From: Nitrospirota bacterium
GTDB taxonomy: Bacteria; Nitrospirota; UBA9217
NCBI GenBank assembly: GCA_029858565.1
Contig: JAOUEV010000059.1
Span: 1-19,516 of the forward strand
Reading direction: 5' to 3'
DNA: 19,516 nucleotides
Numbering within the stretch: position 1 is the stretch's first letter; the number at the start of each line of letters is the position of its first letter. The translations under genes were made by a program, and so were the position numbers. Below are positions 1-9,645 of this stretch, piece after piece. Below the pieces are notes generated by a model. It ran no database searches, had not been told where the DNA came from, and saw nothing but the letters and a program-made list of their open reading frames with translations.

Positions 1-35
1 GCACTTTCAAAGCCTAACTTCCGCTTTGAAAGTGC
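1..35. repeat. Perfect 13-bp inverted repeat (hairpin), possibly truncated by the window edge
   Basis: GCACTTTCAAAGC (1-13) and GCTTTGAAAGTGC (23-35), 9-nt loop. Confidence 0.6.
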
Positions 36-135
36 GGCTGCCCGAACCACCTCGTCCTGTCAAGCATTTTCGTCAAAACGAAGCGTTTTTTCTTCATGAC
101 AAAGAACACGAAACTCTAAACCCTAGTATATAGAC

Positions 136-618
136 ATGAAAAGCACACGCGAATCGATCCGCTACCGGGTCACGAAAAAGCGCGAATGTTCATTCTGCGT
201 CATCACCTTCAAGGACCTCTCCTGGACCGACCACAAGACAACGGTCGTTAATATCAGCCGCCATGGCGTGGGTGTTGAGGCTGACGACAAACTGGAGCCG
301 GGATTCGTCTGGTTCCTGGACCGCATGGGAGGGTTTCGCGGAGGCGTGCTGATGTGGGCAAGGAACGACAACAGGAAATACCACGCCGGCATACGGTTCA
401 TCGAGCTTTCCCGGTACGAAGAGCAGTTCATCCAGGAACAGGTCGCCTTGATCCGCGCCAATAAGCCGCTTACCAATCCCGAAGCCGTGCTTGCGACGAT
501 CATGCGGGCGCTTACGGGTACGTCCTCGGTCCCTTCGGGACCAAAAAGATCCTCGGCCAAAAAGGCCGATGGCGACGATCCCCTGGGTGATATTCAGGAC
601 ATGGTCGCGAAGATGTAA
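136..618 (+). CDS. PilZ-domain protein (putative c-di-GMP receptor)
   Basis: RxxxR (RESIR) and [D/N]xSxxG (NISRHG) motifs, followed by a beta-rich region ending in AGIRF; helical/low-complexity C-terminal tail. Confidence 0.75.
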   Translation: MKSTRESIRYRVTKKRECSFCVITFKDLSWTDHKTTVVNISRHGVGVEADDKLEPGFVWFLDRMGGFRGGVLMWARNDNRKYHAGIRFIELSRYEEQFIQEQVALIRANKPLTNPEAVLATIMRALTGTSSVPSGPKRSSAKKADGDDPLGDIQDMVAKM

Positions 619-641
619 GCCCCCCCTGCTGTATTTTTTCT

Positions 642-670
642 TTGCCTCTCCCGGCCCGCTGTTGTACTAT
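642..670 (+). promoter_or_regulatory. Sigma70-type promoter of the ABC-F gene, probably leaderless
   Basis: TTGCCT (642-647), 17 bp, TACTAT (665-670); ATG 8 nt downstream with no Shine-Dalgarno. Confidence 0.55.
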
Positions 671-678
671 GTGGCCCT

Positions 679-2529
679 ATGCTTCAAGTCACCAATATAG
701 AGAAATCCTACGGCAAACAGACGCTCTTTGACGGCGTCGGCTTCACCATCAACCCGCGCGAGCGCGTCGGCCTGGTCGGCAGGAACGGCCACGGCAAGTC
801 CACGCTCTTCCGCATGATCCTCGGGGAGGAGCACCAGGACTCGGGCACCATCTCGGTCCCCTCGGGCTACACCATCGGCCACCTGGAGCAGCACATCCAC
901 TTCACCGAGGACACGATCCTGAAGGAAGCCTGCCTCGCCCTGCCGGAGAACGAGGACCACATCGACGAGACCTGGAAGGCGGAGACCATCCTGCACGGCC
1001 TGGGCTTCTCGAACGAGGACTTTGAAAAGCCGCCCACGTCCCTTTCCGGCGGATATCAGGTGCGCCTGAACCTGGCCAAGGTGCTGGTGTCCGAGCCGAA
1101 CCTCCTGCTCCTGGACGAGCCCACGAACTACCTGGACATCGTTTCGGTCCGCTGGCTCACCCAGTTCCTGCGCGCCTGGCGGAACGAGATGATCATCATC
1201 ACCCATGACCGGGAGTTCATGGACAGCGTTTCGACCCACACCATGATCATCCACCGCTGCAAGATGCGGAAGGTCCAGGGCAGCACGACAAAGCTCTACG
1301 AACAGATCCTGATGGAAGAAGAGATCTACGAAAAGACCCGTCAGAACGACGAAAAAAAGCGCAAGGAAGTTGAGGCGTTCATCAACCGCTTCCGCGCACA
1401 GGCAACGAAAGCAAGCGCGGTCCAGTCCCGCGTAAAGGCCCTGGCACGCCACGAGAAGCTCGACAAGCTCGACGAGATCAGGCAGCTGGACTTCAAGTTC
1501 CGATCAGCGCCCTTTGAGGCAAAGTGGCTCCTGACCTGCGAGGACCTTTCCTTCGGATTCACGCCCGACGGTCCGCAGCTGATCGAGGGGCTGTCCTTTG
1601 CCATCGGCAAGAAGGACCGCATCGGCGTTATCGGTAAGAACGGCAAAGGCAAGACCACGCTCCTGAACCTCCTGGCCGGCGAGATGCGGCCGAGCGCAGG
1701 CGAAGTGAAGATTCACCCGAACACCAGGGTCGCCTACTTCGGCCAGACCAACATCAACCGTTTGCAGCCGCACAAGACCGCGCTCCAGGAGATCATCGAC
1801 GCCCACCCGGACTATGCCCAGGGCGAGTCCCGCGCGATCTGCGGGCTGATGATGTTCGAAGGAGACAACGCGCTCAAGAAAGTGAGCGTGCTGTCCGGCG
1901 GCGAAAAGAGCCGCGTGCTCCTCGGCAAGCTCCTCGTGCAGCCCGCGAACCTGCTGATGCTCGACGAGCCCACGAACCACCTGGACATGGAGTCCATTGA
2001 CTCGCTCATCGAGGCCATCGAGGCCTTCGACGGCGGCGTGATTATCGTGACCCACAGCGAGCTGATCCTCGAAGCCGTTGCCAACAAGCTCATCGTCTAC
2101 GACAACGACACGGTCTCGGTCTTCGAAGGCACCTACATGGACTTCCTGGAACGGATCGGGTGGAGCGATGAAGGCGGGGTCAAGGTCAAGAAGGCCAAGA
2201 AGGACAAGAACGCAGATCGCAGCAAGGACGCGAAGAAACAGAAGGCCGCGGTCGTTGCTGACCGGTCAAAAGCCCTCTCCGGGTTCAAGCGCAAGATGGC
2301 GACCCTGGAAGAGCAGATCACCAAGCTTGAATTCGACGTGGAGCAGGACACCCAGCGATTGACCGAAGCATCGATGAAAGGCAAGGCCCTGGAGATCAAG
2401 AACCTCTCCCAGGCCATCCGCGACAACAAGGCAAAGATCGACCGTCTTTTTTCGGAGCTTGAGACCGTTACGAACGAGCATGATGCGAAAGCAAAGGAGT
2501 TCGATCAGCAGCTGGCGGAGGCGACGTAG
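679..2529 (+). CDS. ABC-F family ATP-binding protein (ribosome-associated, YheS/Uup-like)
   Basis: Two ABC domains (GRNGHGKST/LSGG/LLLDEPTNYLD and GKNGKGKTT/LSGGE/LDEPTNHLD), helical linker, no TM segments, C-terminal coiled coil. Confidence 0.95.
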   Translation: MLQVTNIEKSYGKQTLFDGVGFTINPRERVGLVGRNGHGKSTLFRMILGEEHQDSGTISVPSGYTIGHLEQHIHFTEDTILKEACLALPENEDHIDETWKAETILHGLGFSNEDFEKPPTSLSGGYQVRLNLAKVLVSEPNLLLLDEPTNYLDIVSVRWLTQFLRAWRNEMIIITHDREFMDSVSTHTMIIHRCKMRKVQGSTTKLYEQILMEEEIYEKTRQNDEKKRKEVEAFINRFRAQATKASAVQSRVKALARHEKLDKLDEIRQLDFKFRSAPFEAKWLLTCEDLSFGFTPDGPQLIEGLSFAIGKKDRIGVIGKNGKGKTTLLNLLAGEMRPSAGEVKIHPNTRVAYFGQTNINRLQPHKTALQEIIDAHPDYAQGESRAICGLMMFEGDNALKKVSVLSGGEKSRVLLGKLLVQPANLLMLDEPTNHLDMESIDSLIEAIEAFDGGVIIVTHSELILEAVANKLIVYDNDTVSVFEGTYMDFLERIGWSDEGGVKVKKAKKDKNADRSKDAKKQKAAVVADRSKALSGFKRKMATLEEQITKLEFDVEQDTQRLTEASMKGKALEIKNLSQAIRDNKAKIDRLFSELETVTNEHDAKAKEFDQQLAEAT

Positions 2530-2540
2530 GAAGTGTCGGC

Positions 2541-3204
<664 letters not shown>

Positions 3205-3253
3205 TTGTTTATAAGATTGAACACTGAGGGCGAAGTGTCAATGGTTCGTTGCC

Positions 3254-3328
3254 GAGTTTGAGACCGTGACAAACGAGCATGATGCGAAGGCGAAAGAGTT
3301 CGATCAGCAGTTGGCGGAAGCGACGTAA
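3254..3328 (+). repeat. Diverged direct repeat of the ABC-F 3' end (2455-2529); gene remnant
   Basis: 66 of 75 nt identical by hand alignment; encodes EFETVTNEHDAKAKEFDQQLAEAT*; no in-frame start after the TGA at 3218. Confidence 0.9.
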
Positions 3329-3500
3329 ACATACGCTGTTAATAAACATTGCTGCAGGACAGGTTGAATAGGCCTGTCCTTTCTTGTCTCTTTTCACGCA
3401 TCACGAAATTCATTTCATCAATGTACCGACATTTGATCGACAAAATCCGACGTTTCTTTAAAACCTTTCATGTTTTGCGAATAAACTTTCAAGGTTCTTT

Positions 3501-3695
3501 TTGCAAGGTTGCTTGTTAAAAACGATCGCTGTTCCTACGCCGCAGGGAAATATTCCGCTGGTGGCGTGGGGCGAGGCTGCAATTGGAGAAGTGGCAAAGA
3601 GAGAGGGAATGAACGAGGTCTATTTCGCGGACGTGGAACGGTTCAGCATCCTGACCATCTGGAACAAGTACACGATCCACGTGTACGGGAAGTAA
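3501..3695 (+). pseudogene. C-terminal fragment of a TRL-like family protein, 5' part missing
   Basis: WGEAAIGEVAKREGMNEVYFADVERFSILTIWNKYTIHVYGK resembles the TRL-like C-terminal pattern (from recall); upstream is AT-rich with no signal peptide or good start. Confidence 0.55.
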
Positions 3696-3796
3696 GAGCA
3701 ACAGCAGTACACTTTAACCGCAGAAAGCACAGAATTCACAGTTTGCCTATTCCAGCTTTTTGTGAATTATGTGGCATCTCCCGTTTTCATCGGAAC

Positions 3797-3840
3797 AACA
3801 AGGCCCGCACCGGATGACCGATGCGGGCCTTGTTTTCTTC
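3797..3840. terminator. Probably bidirectional intrinsic terminator downstream of fhs
   Basis: AACAAGGCCCGCACCGG-ATGA-CCGATGCGGGCCTTGTT stem with T-rich flanks, between convergent units. Confidence 0.8.
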
Positions 3841-3864
3841 TACCTTCTTCCTTCAGTCTTCTGC
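3837..3864. repeat. Heptamer tandem array (CTTCTNC-like x4) just after the fhs stop
   Basis: cttctac cttcttc cttcagt cttctgc. Confidence 0.65.
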
Positions 3865-3871
3865 CTGTTTT

Positions 3872-5635
3872 TTAGAACACGCCCTTCACCTTGCCGGTCT
3901 CCACATCCACGTCCACGCGGCGATAGGCAGGATCTGACGCTGTTCCCGGCATGAGCGTGATGGAGCCGGCCACCGGCACCACGAAGCCCGCGCCCTTGAA
4001 GGTCAGGATGTCGCGGATGCGCAGGCGCCAGCCCTTGGGCACGCCCTTGAGGTTCGGGTTGTCGGTAAGCGACAAATGGGTCTTCACCATGCAGACGCCG
4101 AGCTTGGCGATCTCGGGGTCCGCTTCGAGCTTCTTGCACTTGGTCTCCGCCTCGGGCGTGTAGTCCACGCCGTCAGCGCCGTACACTTCCGTTGCGATCA
4201 ACTCGATACGCTTCTTGAGAGGCGCGGTCAGCTCATAGAGGAACTTAAAGTCGTTCTTCTCATTGCAGGCGTCGATGACCGCGTCGGCGAACTCCAGTGC
4301 TCCGTCGCCGCCCTTTTCCCAGTGGCGCGACAGGGCCACGCGGGCGCCGGCTGCTTCTGCCAGCCTGCGGACCGCCTTGATCTCCGCGTCCGTGTCCGTA
4401 TAGAAAGCGTTGATGCAGACCACGGGGTTCATGCCCGACTTCTTCGCGACCTTGATGTGGTGCACCAGGTTCTCGCAGCCCTTCTCGACCCAGCCCACGT
4501 TCTCGCCCTTGTATTCTTCCGGCATGGGCTTGCCCGGCACCGGGATCGGCGCTCCGCCGTGGCACTTGAGCGCCCGGATGGTGGCGACGATGACCGCTGC
4601 GTGGGGCTTGAGTCCCGACATGCGGCACTTGAGGTTCCAGAACTTCTCGAACCCGATGTCCGCGGCGAACCCGGACTCGGTGACGACGTAGTCGCCGAGC
4701 TTGAGGCCCACGCGGTCAGCGATGATGGACGACTGGCCGATGGCGATGTTCGCAAAGGGGCCGGCGTGCACGAACACGGGTTGGCCCTCGATGGTCTGGA
4801 GAAGGTTCGGGTTCAACGCCTCGACCATCCAGGCCGTCATGGCGCCGGCGACGCCCAGGTCCTCGGTCGTGACCGGCTGGCCGCTCTTGCTCGTGGCCAC
4901 CACGATCCGGCCCATGCGCTCGCGCATGTCCTTGAGATCTTTCGCAACGGCCAGGATGGCCATCACTTCCGACGACACGGCGATGGCAAAGCCGGACTTC
5001 ATCATGAAGCCGTTCGTCTTGCCGCCCATGCCGATGATGATCTCGCGAAGCGACTGGGCGCAGAAGTCGATGATCCACTTCATCTCCACGTTGTGCGGAT
5101 CGATGTCGAGCCGCTTCAGCTTGCGCTTGGCCATCTGCTCGTCGTTGTAGTTGAACTCATGCTGCATCCGCGAGGTGAGCGCGACCATGGCCAGGTTGTG
5201 GGCGTTCATGATGGCGTTGATGTCGCCGGTGAGTCCCAGCGAGAAGGGCGTGAGCGGAATGACCTGGGACAGGCCGCCGCCCGCGGCGGAGCCCTTGATG
5301 TTCATGGTCGGTCCGCCCGAAGGCTGGCGGATCGCGGCGATCACGTTCTTGCCGCGCTTGCCCAGTCCCTGGGTCAGGCCGATGGTAGAGGTGGACTTGC
5401 CCTCGCCGAGCGGGGTCGGGGTGATGGCCGTCACATCGATGTACTTGCCGTCAGGCCGGCCTTCCAGCCGCTTCAGCACCTTCTTGAAGTCCACCTTGGC
5501 GATATAGTGGCCGTAAGGCAGCAGCTCGTCCTTGGTGAGCCCCATCTTCTCCGCGATCTCCGCGATGGGCTTCATCCGCTTTTCCGAATCTTCCGCGATC
5601 TCCCAGTCCTGATGCTTGGTAGGATCCAGTGCCAT
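3872..5635 (-). CDS. fhs: Formate--tetrahydrofolate ligase
   Basis: [38 protein letters not shown] and LMPG motifs; AGGGAGG RBS favours the ATG at 5635. Confidence 0.97.
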   Translation of the reverse strand: MALDPTKHQDWEIAEDSEKRMKPIAEIAEKMGLTKDELLPYGHYIAKVDFKKVLKRLEGRPDGKYIDVTAITPTPLGEGKSTSTIGLTQGLGKRGKNVIAAIRQPSGGPTMNIKGSAAGGGLSQVIPLTPFSLGLTGDINAIMNAHNLAMVALTSRMQHEFNYNDEQMAKRKLKRLDIDPHNVEMKWIIDFCAQSLREIIIGMGGKTNGFMMKSGFAIAVSSEVMAILAVAKDLKDMRERMGRIVVATSKSGQPVTTEDLGVAGAMTAWMVEALNPNLLQTIEGQPVFVHAGPFANIAIGQSSIIADRVGLKLGDYVVTESGFAADIGFEKFWNLKCRMSGLKPHAAVIVATIRALKCHGGAPIPVPGKPMPEEYKGENVGWVEKGCENLVHHIKVAKKSGMNPVVCINAFYTDTDAEIKAVRRLAEAAGARVALSRHWEKGGDGALEFADAVIDACNEKNDFKFLYELTAPLKKRIELIATEVYGADGVDYTPEAETKCKKLEADPEIAKLGVCMVKTHLSLTDNPNLKGVPKGWRLRIRDILTFKGAGFVVPVAGSITLMPGTASDPAYRRVDVDVETGKVKGVF

Positions 5636-5708
5636 GTGCAAAACCTCCCTTTATTCCTGAATGTAATTAGCCTCTGGCGGATAATCCGCCTTATTCTTCC
5701 TTACTTTG

Positions 5709-5812
5709 ATACAAGTGACGAGCGACCAGTGACCAGTTACAGCAGCGTAAAGCCTGCAGGAGAGAGGAGAGATCCTCGTCTCTCGTCTCTCGTCTCTCAT
5801 CTCTTATCTCTA
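5709..5812. repeat. Inverted heptamer arrays (NGACGAG / CTCGTCT), gene-less version
   Basis: tgacgag cgaccag tgaccag (5716-5736) facing ctcgtct x3, ctcatct, cttatct (5775-5809), directly abutting the stop of the upstream gene. Confidence 0.85.
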
Positions 5813-6268
5813 GTAACTAATCAGTGCCTTGATCAGCTTCTCGTTCATCATATGCACGTTCCGGCTCGCCATGCGCGCCATGGTCTTCATGATCTTGTAC
5901 ATCATCACCGGCTCGTCCTTTTCCAGCGCCTTGAACTCGTCCACCGTTATCCGGTACAGCTCGGCGTCGTCGACCGCCGTGGTGTTCGTGCTGTGGTTCT
6001 TCCGGTCCTCGATCACCGACAGTTCGCCGAAGAAATGCAGCTCCGTCAACAGGGCAAGCGTCTGTTTCCACCCGTCGGGCGTAGGCTTGGAGATCTCGAC
6101 CTTCCCCTTCTTGATCAGGAAGATCCCCTTGGTGGGCTCGCCGTCGCGGAACACCTGCGCGCCCTTGGCATGCTGCTCCCGCGTCATCCTTTTGGCGATG
6201 CTTTCCAGCTCCCGGTCATCGAGATCGCACAGCAGTTTCTGGCCCTTGAGATCAGCACCTTTGATCAT
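5810..6268 (-). CDS. Stand-alone cyclic-nucleotide-binding (Crp-like) domain protein without HTH
   Basis: KGAQVFRDGE..IFLIKKGKVEI..FFGELSVI motifs; ends after the C-helix; AAGGAG lies 7 nt before the ATG at 6268. Confidence 0.85.
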   Translation of the reverse strand: MIKGADLKGQKLLCDLDDRELESIAKRMTREQHAKGAQVFRDGEPTKGIFLIKKGKVEISKPTPDGWKQTLALLTELHFFGELSVIEDRKNHSTNTTAVDDAELYRITVDEFKALEKDEPVMMYKIMKTMARMASRNVHMMNEKLIKALISY

Positions 6269-6313
6269 AAGCACGCTCCTTTATTTACCAGGAAATCCGA
6301 TCAGAAGCTTATC

Positions 6314-6401
6314 TCACACGAAGCCACGAAGCCGCAGAGAAAAGCAATGGTTCTCACTAAAGGTCTTCTTCGTGTCTTCGTGTCTTCGTGCCTTCGTGCG
6401 A
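6314..6401. repeat. Inverted octamer arrays (CACGAAGN / CTTCGTGY)
   Basis: TCACACGAAG CCACGAAG CCGCAGAG (6314-6339) facing CTTCGTGT x2, CTTCGTGC x2, GA (6368-6401). Confidence 0.85.
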
Positions 6402-6441
6402 AACAGGAACTTGACGTCTTTCGTTTTATTTTACTTAATTC

Positions 6442-9183
6442 TCAAGCCTTCTCGATCCGCACCGTCCCCACCTTCAGCTCCGGGATCCGGCAGATCGGGT
6501 CCACAGCTGTGCTGCTCGTCAGGATGTTGGCCGCCGCCTCGCGGTAGTGGAAGGGGATGAACACCACGCCGCGGTCCGGCTTGGTCGTCACCTGCGCGGC
6601 AAGGGTGATGGAGCCGCGGCGCGACGTGACCTTCACCATTGCTCCGTTCTCCACGCCGAGCTCCCGCGCGTCCTCGCGGCTGATCTCGATGTACGGCGTG
6701 CCCGCGACCTTTTCGATGGCCTTCACGCGCCGGGTCATGCTGCCGGTGTGGTACTGGAACAGCATCCTGCCCGTGGTCAGCACAAAAGGGAACTCGCTGT
6801 CCGGCTGCTCCACCGAAGGGCGGAACGTCACGTTCGTGAACCGGGCCTTGCCGCGGGGGAATCCGCCCTTGAACAGGAACTGCGTGCCCGGGTGGTCCGG
6901 CGTGGGGCAGGGCCACTGGAGCCCGCCTTCCTCTTCGATCCGCGAATAGGAGATGCCCGCCATGGCCGGCCAGGCCTTTCCCAACTCCTGAAAAACTTCC
7001 TCGGTGTGATGGTACGGCATCTCGTACCCCAGCCGCCTCGATATCTCCATAATGATGTGCGAGTCCTTCATGGCCTGGCCGGGAGCGTTCACCACGCGGC
7101 GCACCAGCTGCACGCGGCGCTCGGTATTCGTGAACGTGCCGACCTTCTCGGCAAAAGAAGTGGCGGGCAGCACCACGTGCGCCAACTCCGCGGTTTCGGT
7201 CATGAAAAGGTCCTGCACGATCAGCAATTCCAGCGCCTTGAGCGCCTTACCTGTATGCACGGTGTCGGGATCAGTGAGCGCAGGATTCTCGCCCATGATG
7301 TACAGCGCCTTCAACTTCCCGGCAAGCGCGGCATCAAGCATCTCATTGGCCATCAGGCCTTCGCGCGCTGAGAGCTTGACACCCCAGAGCTCTTCGAATC
7401 GCTCCCGCACGGCTGGAACCGTCACCCGCTGATAGCCCGGATAGACGTTTGGCAGACATCCGGAATCGCACGAACCCTGAACATTGTTCTGGCCGCGTAG
7501 CGGATTCACACCGGCACTCTCTTTGCCGAGGTTCCCGGTCATCAGCGCCAGATTCGCTAGCGCAAAGACATTATCTGTCCCGTGCGAATGCTGGGTGATC
7601 CCCATGGTGTAGTATATACCCGCCCGCTTGCCTGTTCCATAGATGCGCGCCGCCTCGATGATCTTCTCCTTGGGCACGCCGGTGATCTTTTCCACGGACT
7701 CCAGCGTAATACCACGGATGGCTGTCTGGAACTCATTCGTGAATCCCTCGGTCCGTTCCTCGATGAACGCCCGGTCGACGAGATTCTCTGCCAGGAGGAC
7801 ATGCATCATGCCGTTCAGCAGGGCCACATCGGTTCCGGGCCGGTGCTGAAGCCAGAGACTGGCGAACCTGACGAGCGGCACCCTGCGGGGATCGACGATG
7901 ATCAGTTTTGCTCCCCGCCGCACGGCCTTTATCATCCGATGTGCTACAATCGGGTGGTTTTCCTTGGTGTTTGAACCGATGACAAACAGCACATCATTGT
8001 TCTCGATTTCCGCCATCGAGTTCGTCATGGCTCCCGAACCGAACACAGTGGCCAGACCGGCCACCGTAGCGCTGTGTCAGTAGCGCGCGCAGTGATCGAT
8101 GTTGTTCGTACCGATCGCCGCGCGCATCATCTTCTGGAACAGATAGTTTTCCTCGTTCGTGCACCGGGCCGAGGCGAAACCGCCGATTGCGTCGGGACCG
8201 TGCATATCCCGGATGGACCGCAGACGCTCGCCGAGATAGGCGAAGGTCTCTTCCCAGGATGCCGCCGTCAGCTTACCGTTCTTTCTGATCAGCGGGGCTT
8301 TCAGCCGGTCCGGGCTGTTGATGAACGAAAACCCGAAGCGGCCTTTCACACACAGCCATCCCTCATTGATCGTTTCCGGCCGCGACCCTGCCCTGATCAC
8401 CTCGTTCTTGACCACGTCGTAGGTGATGTTGCATCCGCAGCCGCAGTAGGGGCAGACGGTCTCCACCGTGCGTACGTCGCGGGTCCGGCCCTTGCACAGC
8501 GACGGTTTGGATACCAGCGCGCCTGTGGGACAGACCGAAACGCACTGGCCGCAGAACTCGCAGTCCAGGTCCCGCTCAAAAGGCGGGCAGATCTTGGTGC
8601 CAAAGCCTTTGTAGGCGTAATCAATGGCGCCGACCCCCTGCACCTCGTCGCAGACCTTCACGCACCGGCCGCAGAGAATGCACTTCTCCATGTCCCGCTC
8701 GATGAACGGGTTGCCGTCGCGTTTGGGGTAAATACGCCGCTCGCCGTGGAACACCGGGGTGCGGATCTGGTACTTGTACGCGAGCTCCTGGAGCTCGCAG
8801 TCCCCGGCCCGTTCGCAGACCATGCAGTCGTAGGGATGGTCTGACAGGATCAGGTCCAGGATATCCTTGCGCAGCCCTTCGATATAGGGCGACGCGGTGG
8901 TCACTTCCATCCCGTTCTCCGCCAAGGCAGTGCACGATGTCACCGGCTGGCCGTTGATCTCGACGATGCAAACGCGGCAGGCGCCGGTCACCGACAGCTT
9001 CGGATGGTGGCACAGCACCGGGATGTGGATGCCCAGCTGCTGCGCGGCGGCGAGGACGGTGGTTCCGGGCAGAACTTCGATCGGCCGACCGTCGATGGTA
9101 AGGGTCACCGGTGAAAGCGACGAGAGACGAGAGAGAGGTGACGAGGGAGAACCATCATGCGTATGTTTATCGTTTGATGACAT
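6442..9183 (-). CDS. fdhA: Selenocysteine-containing Mo/W formate dehydrogenase alpha subunit with N-terminal Fe-S domains (913 aa from ATG 9183)
   Basis: ORFs 8077-9183 and 6442-8064 are in frame; junction reads [29 protein letters not shown]; [2Fe-2S], HC-[4Fe-4S], 2x[4Fe-4S], CPYCGCGC and RGQNNVQG motifs. Confidence 0.95.
8045..8079 (-). promoter_or_regulatory. Sec UGA codon and bacterial SECIS hairpin
   Basis: TGA (8079-8077) followed by ACGGTGGCC-GGTCT-GGCCACTGT (8067-8045); position and GGUCU apex resemble the E. coli fdhF SECIS. Confidence 0.9.
9110..9150. repeat. Heptamer arm (NGACGAG) on one side of the four-helix-bundle gene, inside the predicted fdhA 5' end
   Basis: cgacgag agacgag agagagg tgacgag (9118-9145). 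Confidence 0.8.
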
Positions 9184-9196
9184 AAACGTCAGCTTG

Positions 9197-9559
9197 TCAG
9201 CCTTTACCTGCTTTCTTTTTGATCGTGCCCTGCAGCCCTGCGGTCATCAGGGATAGCTCATTAAGCTCTTTCAGGAGAACCGACGCCTGCTTCAAGTATT
9301 TCAGCTTGTCAGCAATGATCAATTGCGTTTCCAGTTCCGCGATCGAACCCTGCGCTGTGGACAGGAACTGGATGAACTCTTTCGAGCTTTTTCGTGCAGC
9401 ACCTTCAGCTATATTGCTCGGAATAGTAACGGCTGCTCTTCTCATCTGCTGCGTCAGTCCGTAAACTTCGTGCCGCGGAAAAGTATCCGTGACCTTATAG
9501 ATCTCGACAACCAGTTCTATCGAGCGCTTCCAGACATCAAGATTATGATGCCATTTCAT
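9197..9559 (-). CDS. Four helix bundle protein (23S rRNA IVP / bAvd-like, TIGR02436-type)
   Basis: LDVWKRS..IYKVTDTFPRHEVYGLTQQMRRAAVTIPSNIAEG..EFIQFL..AQGS..ELETQL family signature; visibly more AT-rich than neighbours. Confidence 0.93.
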   Translation of the reverse strand: MKWHHNLDVWKRSIELVVEIYKVTDTFPRHEVYGLTQQMRRAAVTIPSNIAEGAARKSSKEFIQFLSTAQGSIAELETQLIIADKLKYLKQASVLLKELNELSLMTAGLQGTIKKKAGKG

Positions 9560-9589
9560 GTTTAGTCGACCGCTACCTGCCTCTTTTTA

Positions 9590-9645
9590 CTTATCGCTCG
9601 TCGCTTGTCTCTCATCACTCGTCTCTTATTCACCGTCTCTCGTCA
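9590..9645. repeat. Complementary heptamer arm (CTCGTCN, about 8 units) on the other side of the four-helix-bundle gene
   Basis: cttatcg ctcgtcg cttgtct ctcatca ctcgtct cttattca ccgtct ctcgtca; the last unit contains the stop codon of the NuoF-like gene. Confidence 0.85.

Noticed and set aside
3209-3397. 62-aa minus-strand ORF
   Set aside because: Antisense to the duplicated ABC-F tail; no independent coding evidence.
5676-5690. Short palindrome GGCGGATAATCCGCC upstream of fhs
   Set aside because: Single short occurrence; a function cannot be supported from this window.
4076-6547. 823-aa plus-strand ORF
   Set aside because: Antisense shadow of fhs and the cNMP-domain gene, expected from high GC at third positions; no recognisable motifs and it runs through repeat spacers.
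8065-8079. fdhA as two genes or a nonsense pseudogene
   Set aside because: The TGA is in frame at the Sec position and is followed by a SECIS-like hairpin.
9197-9559. Diversity-generating retroelement or rRNA intervening sequence
   Set aside because: No reverse transcriptase, no TR/VR pair and no rRNA in the window. The 75-bp repeat pair at 2455/3254 differs at synonymous sites, not specifically at adenines.
9643-9645. TGA stops of the nuoF-like and four-helix genes as extra Sec codons
   Set aside because: Both lie at natural C-termini, not at Cys-equivalent positions, and no SECIS-like hairpin follows.
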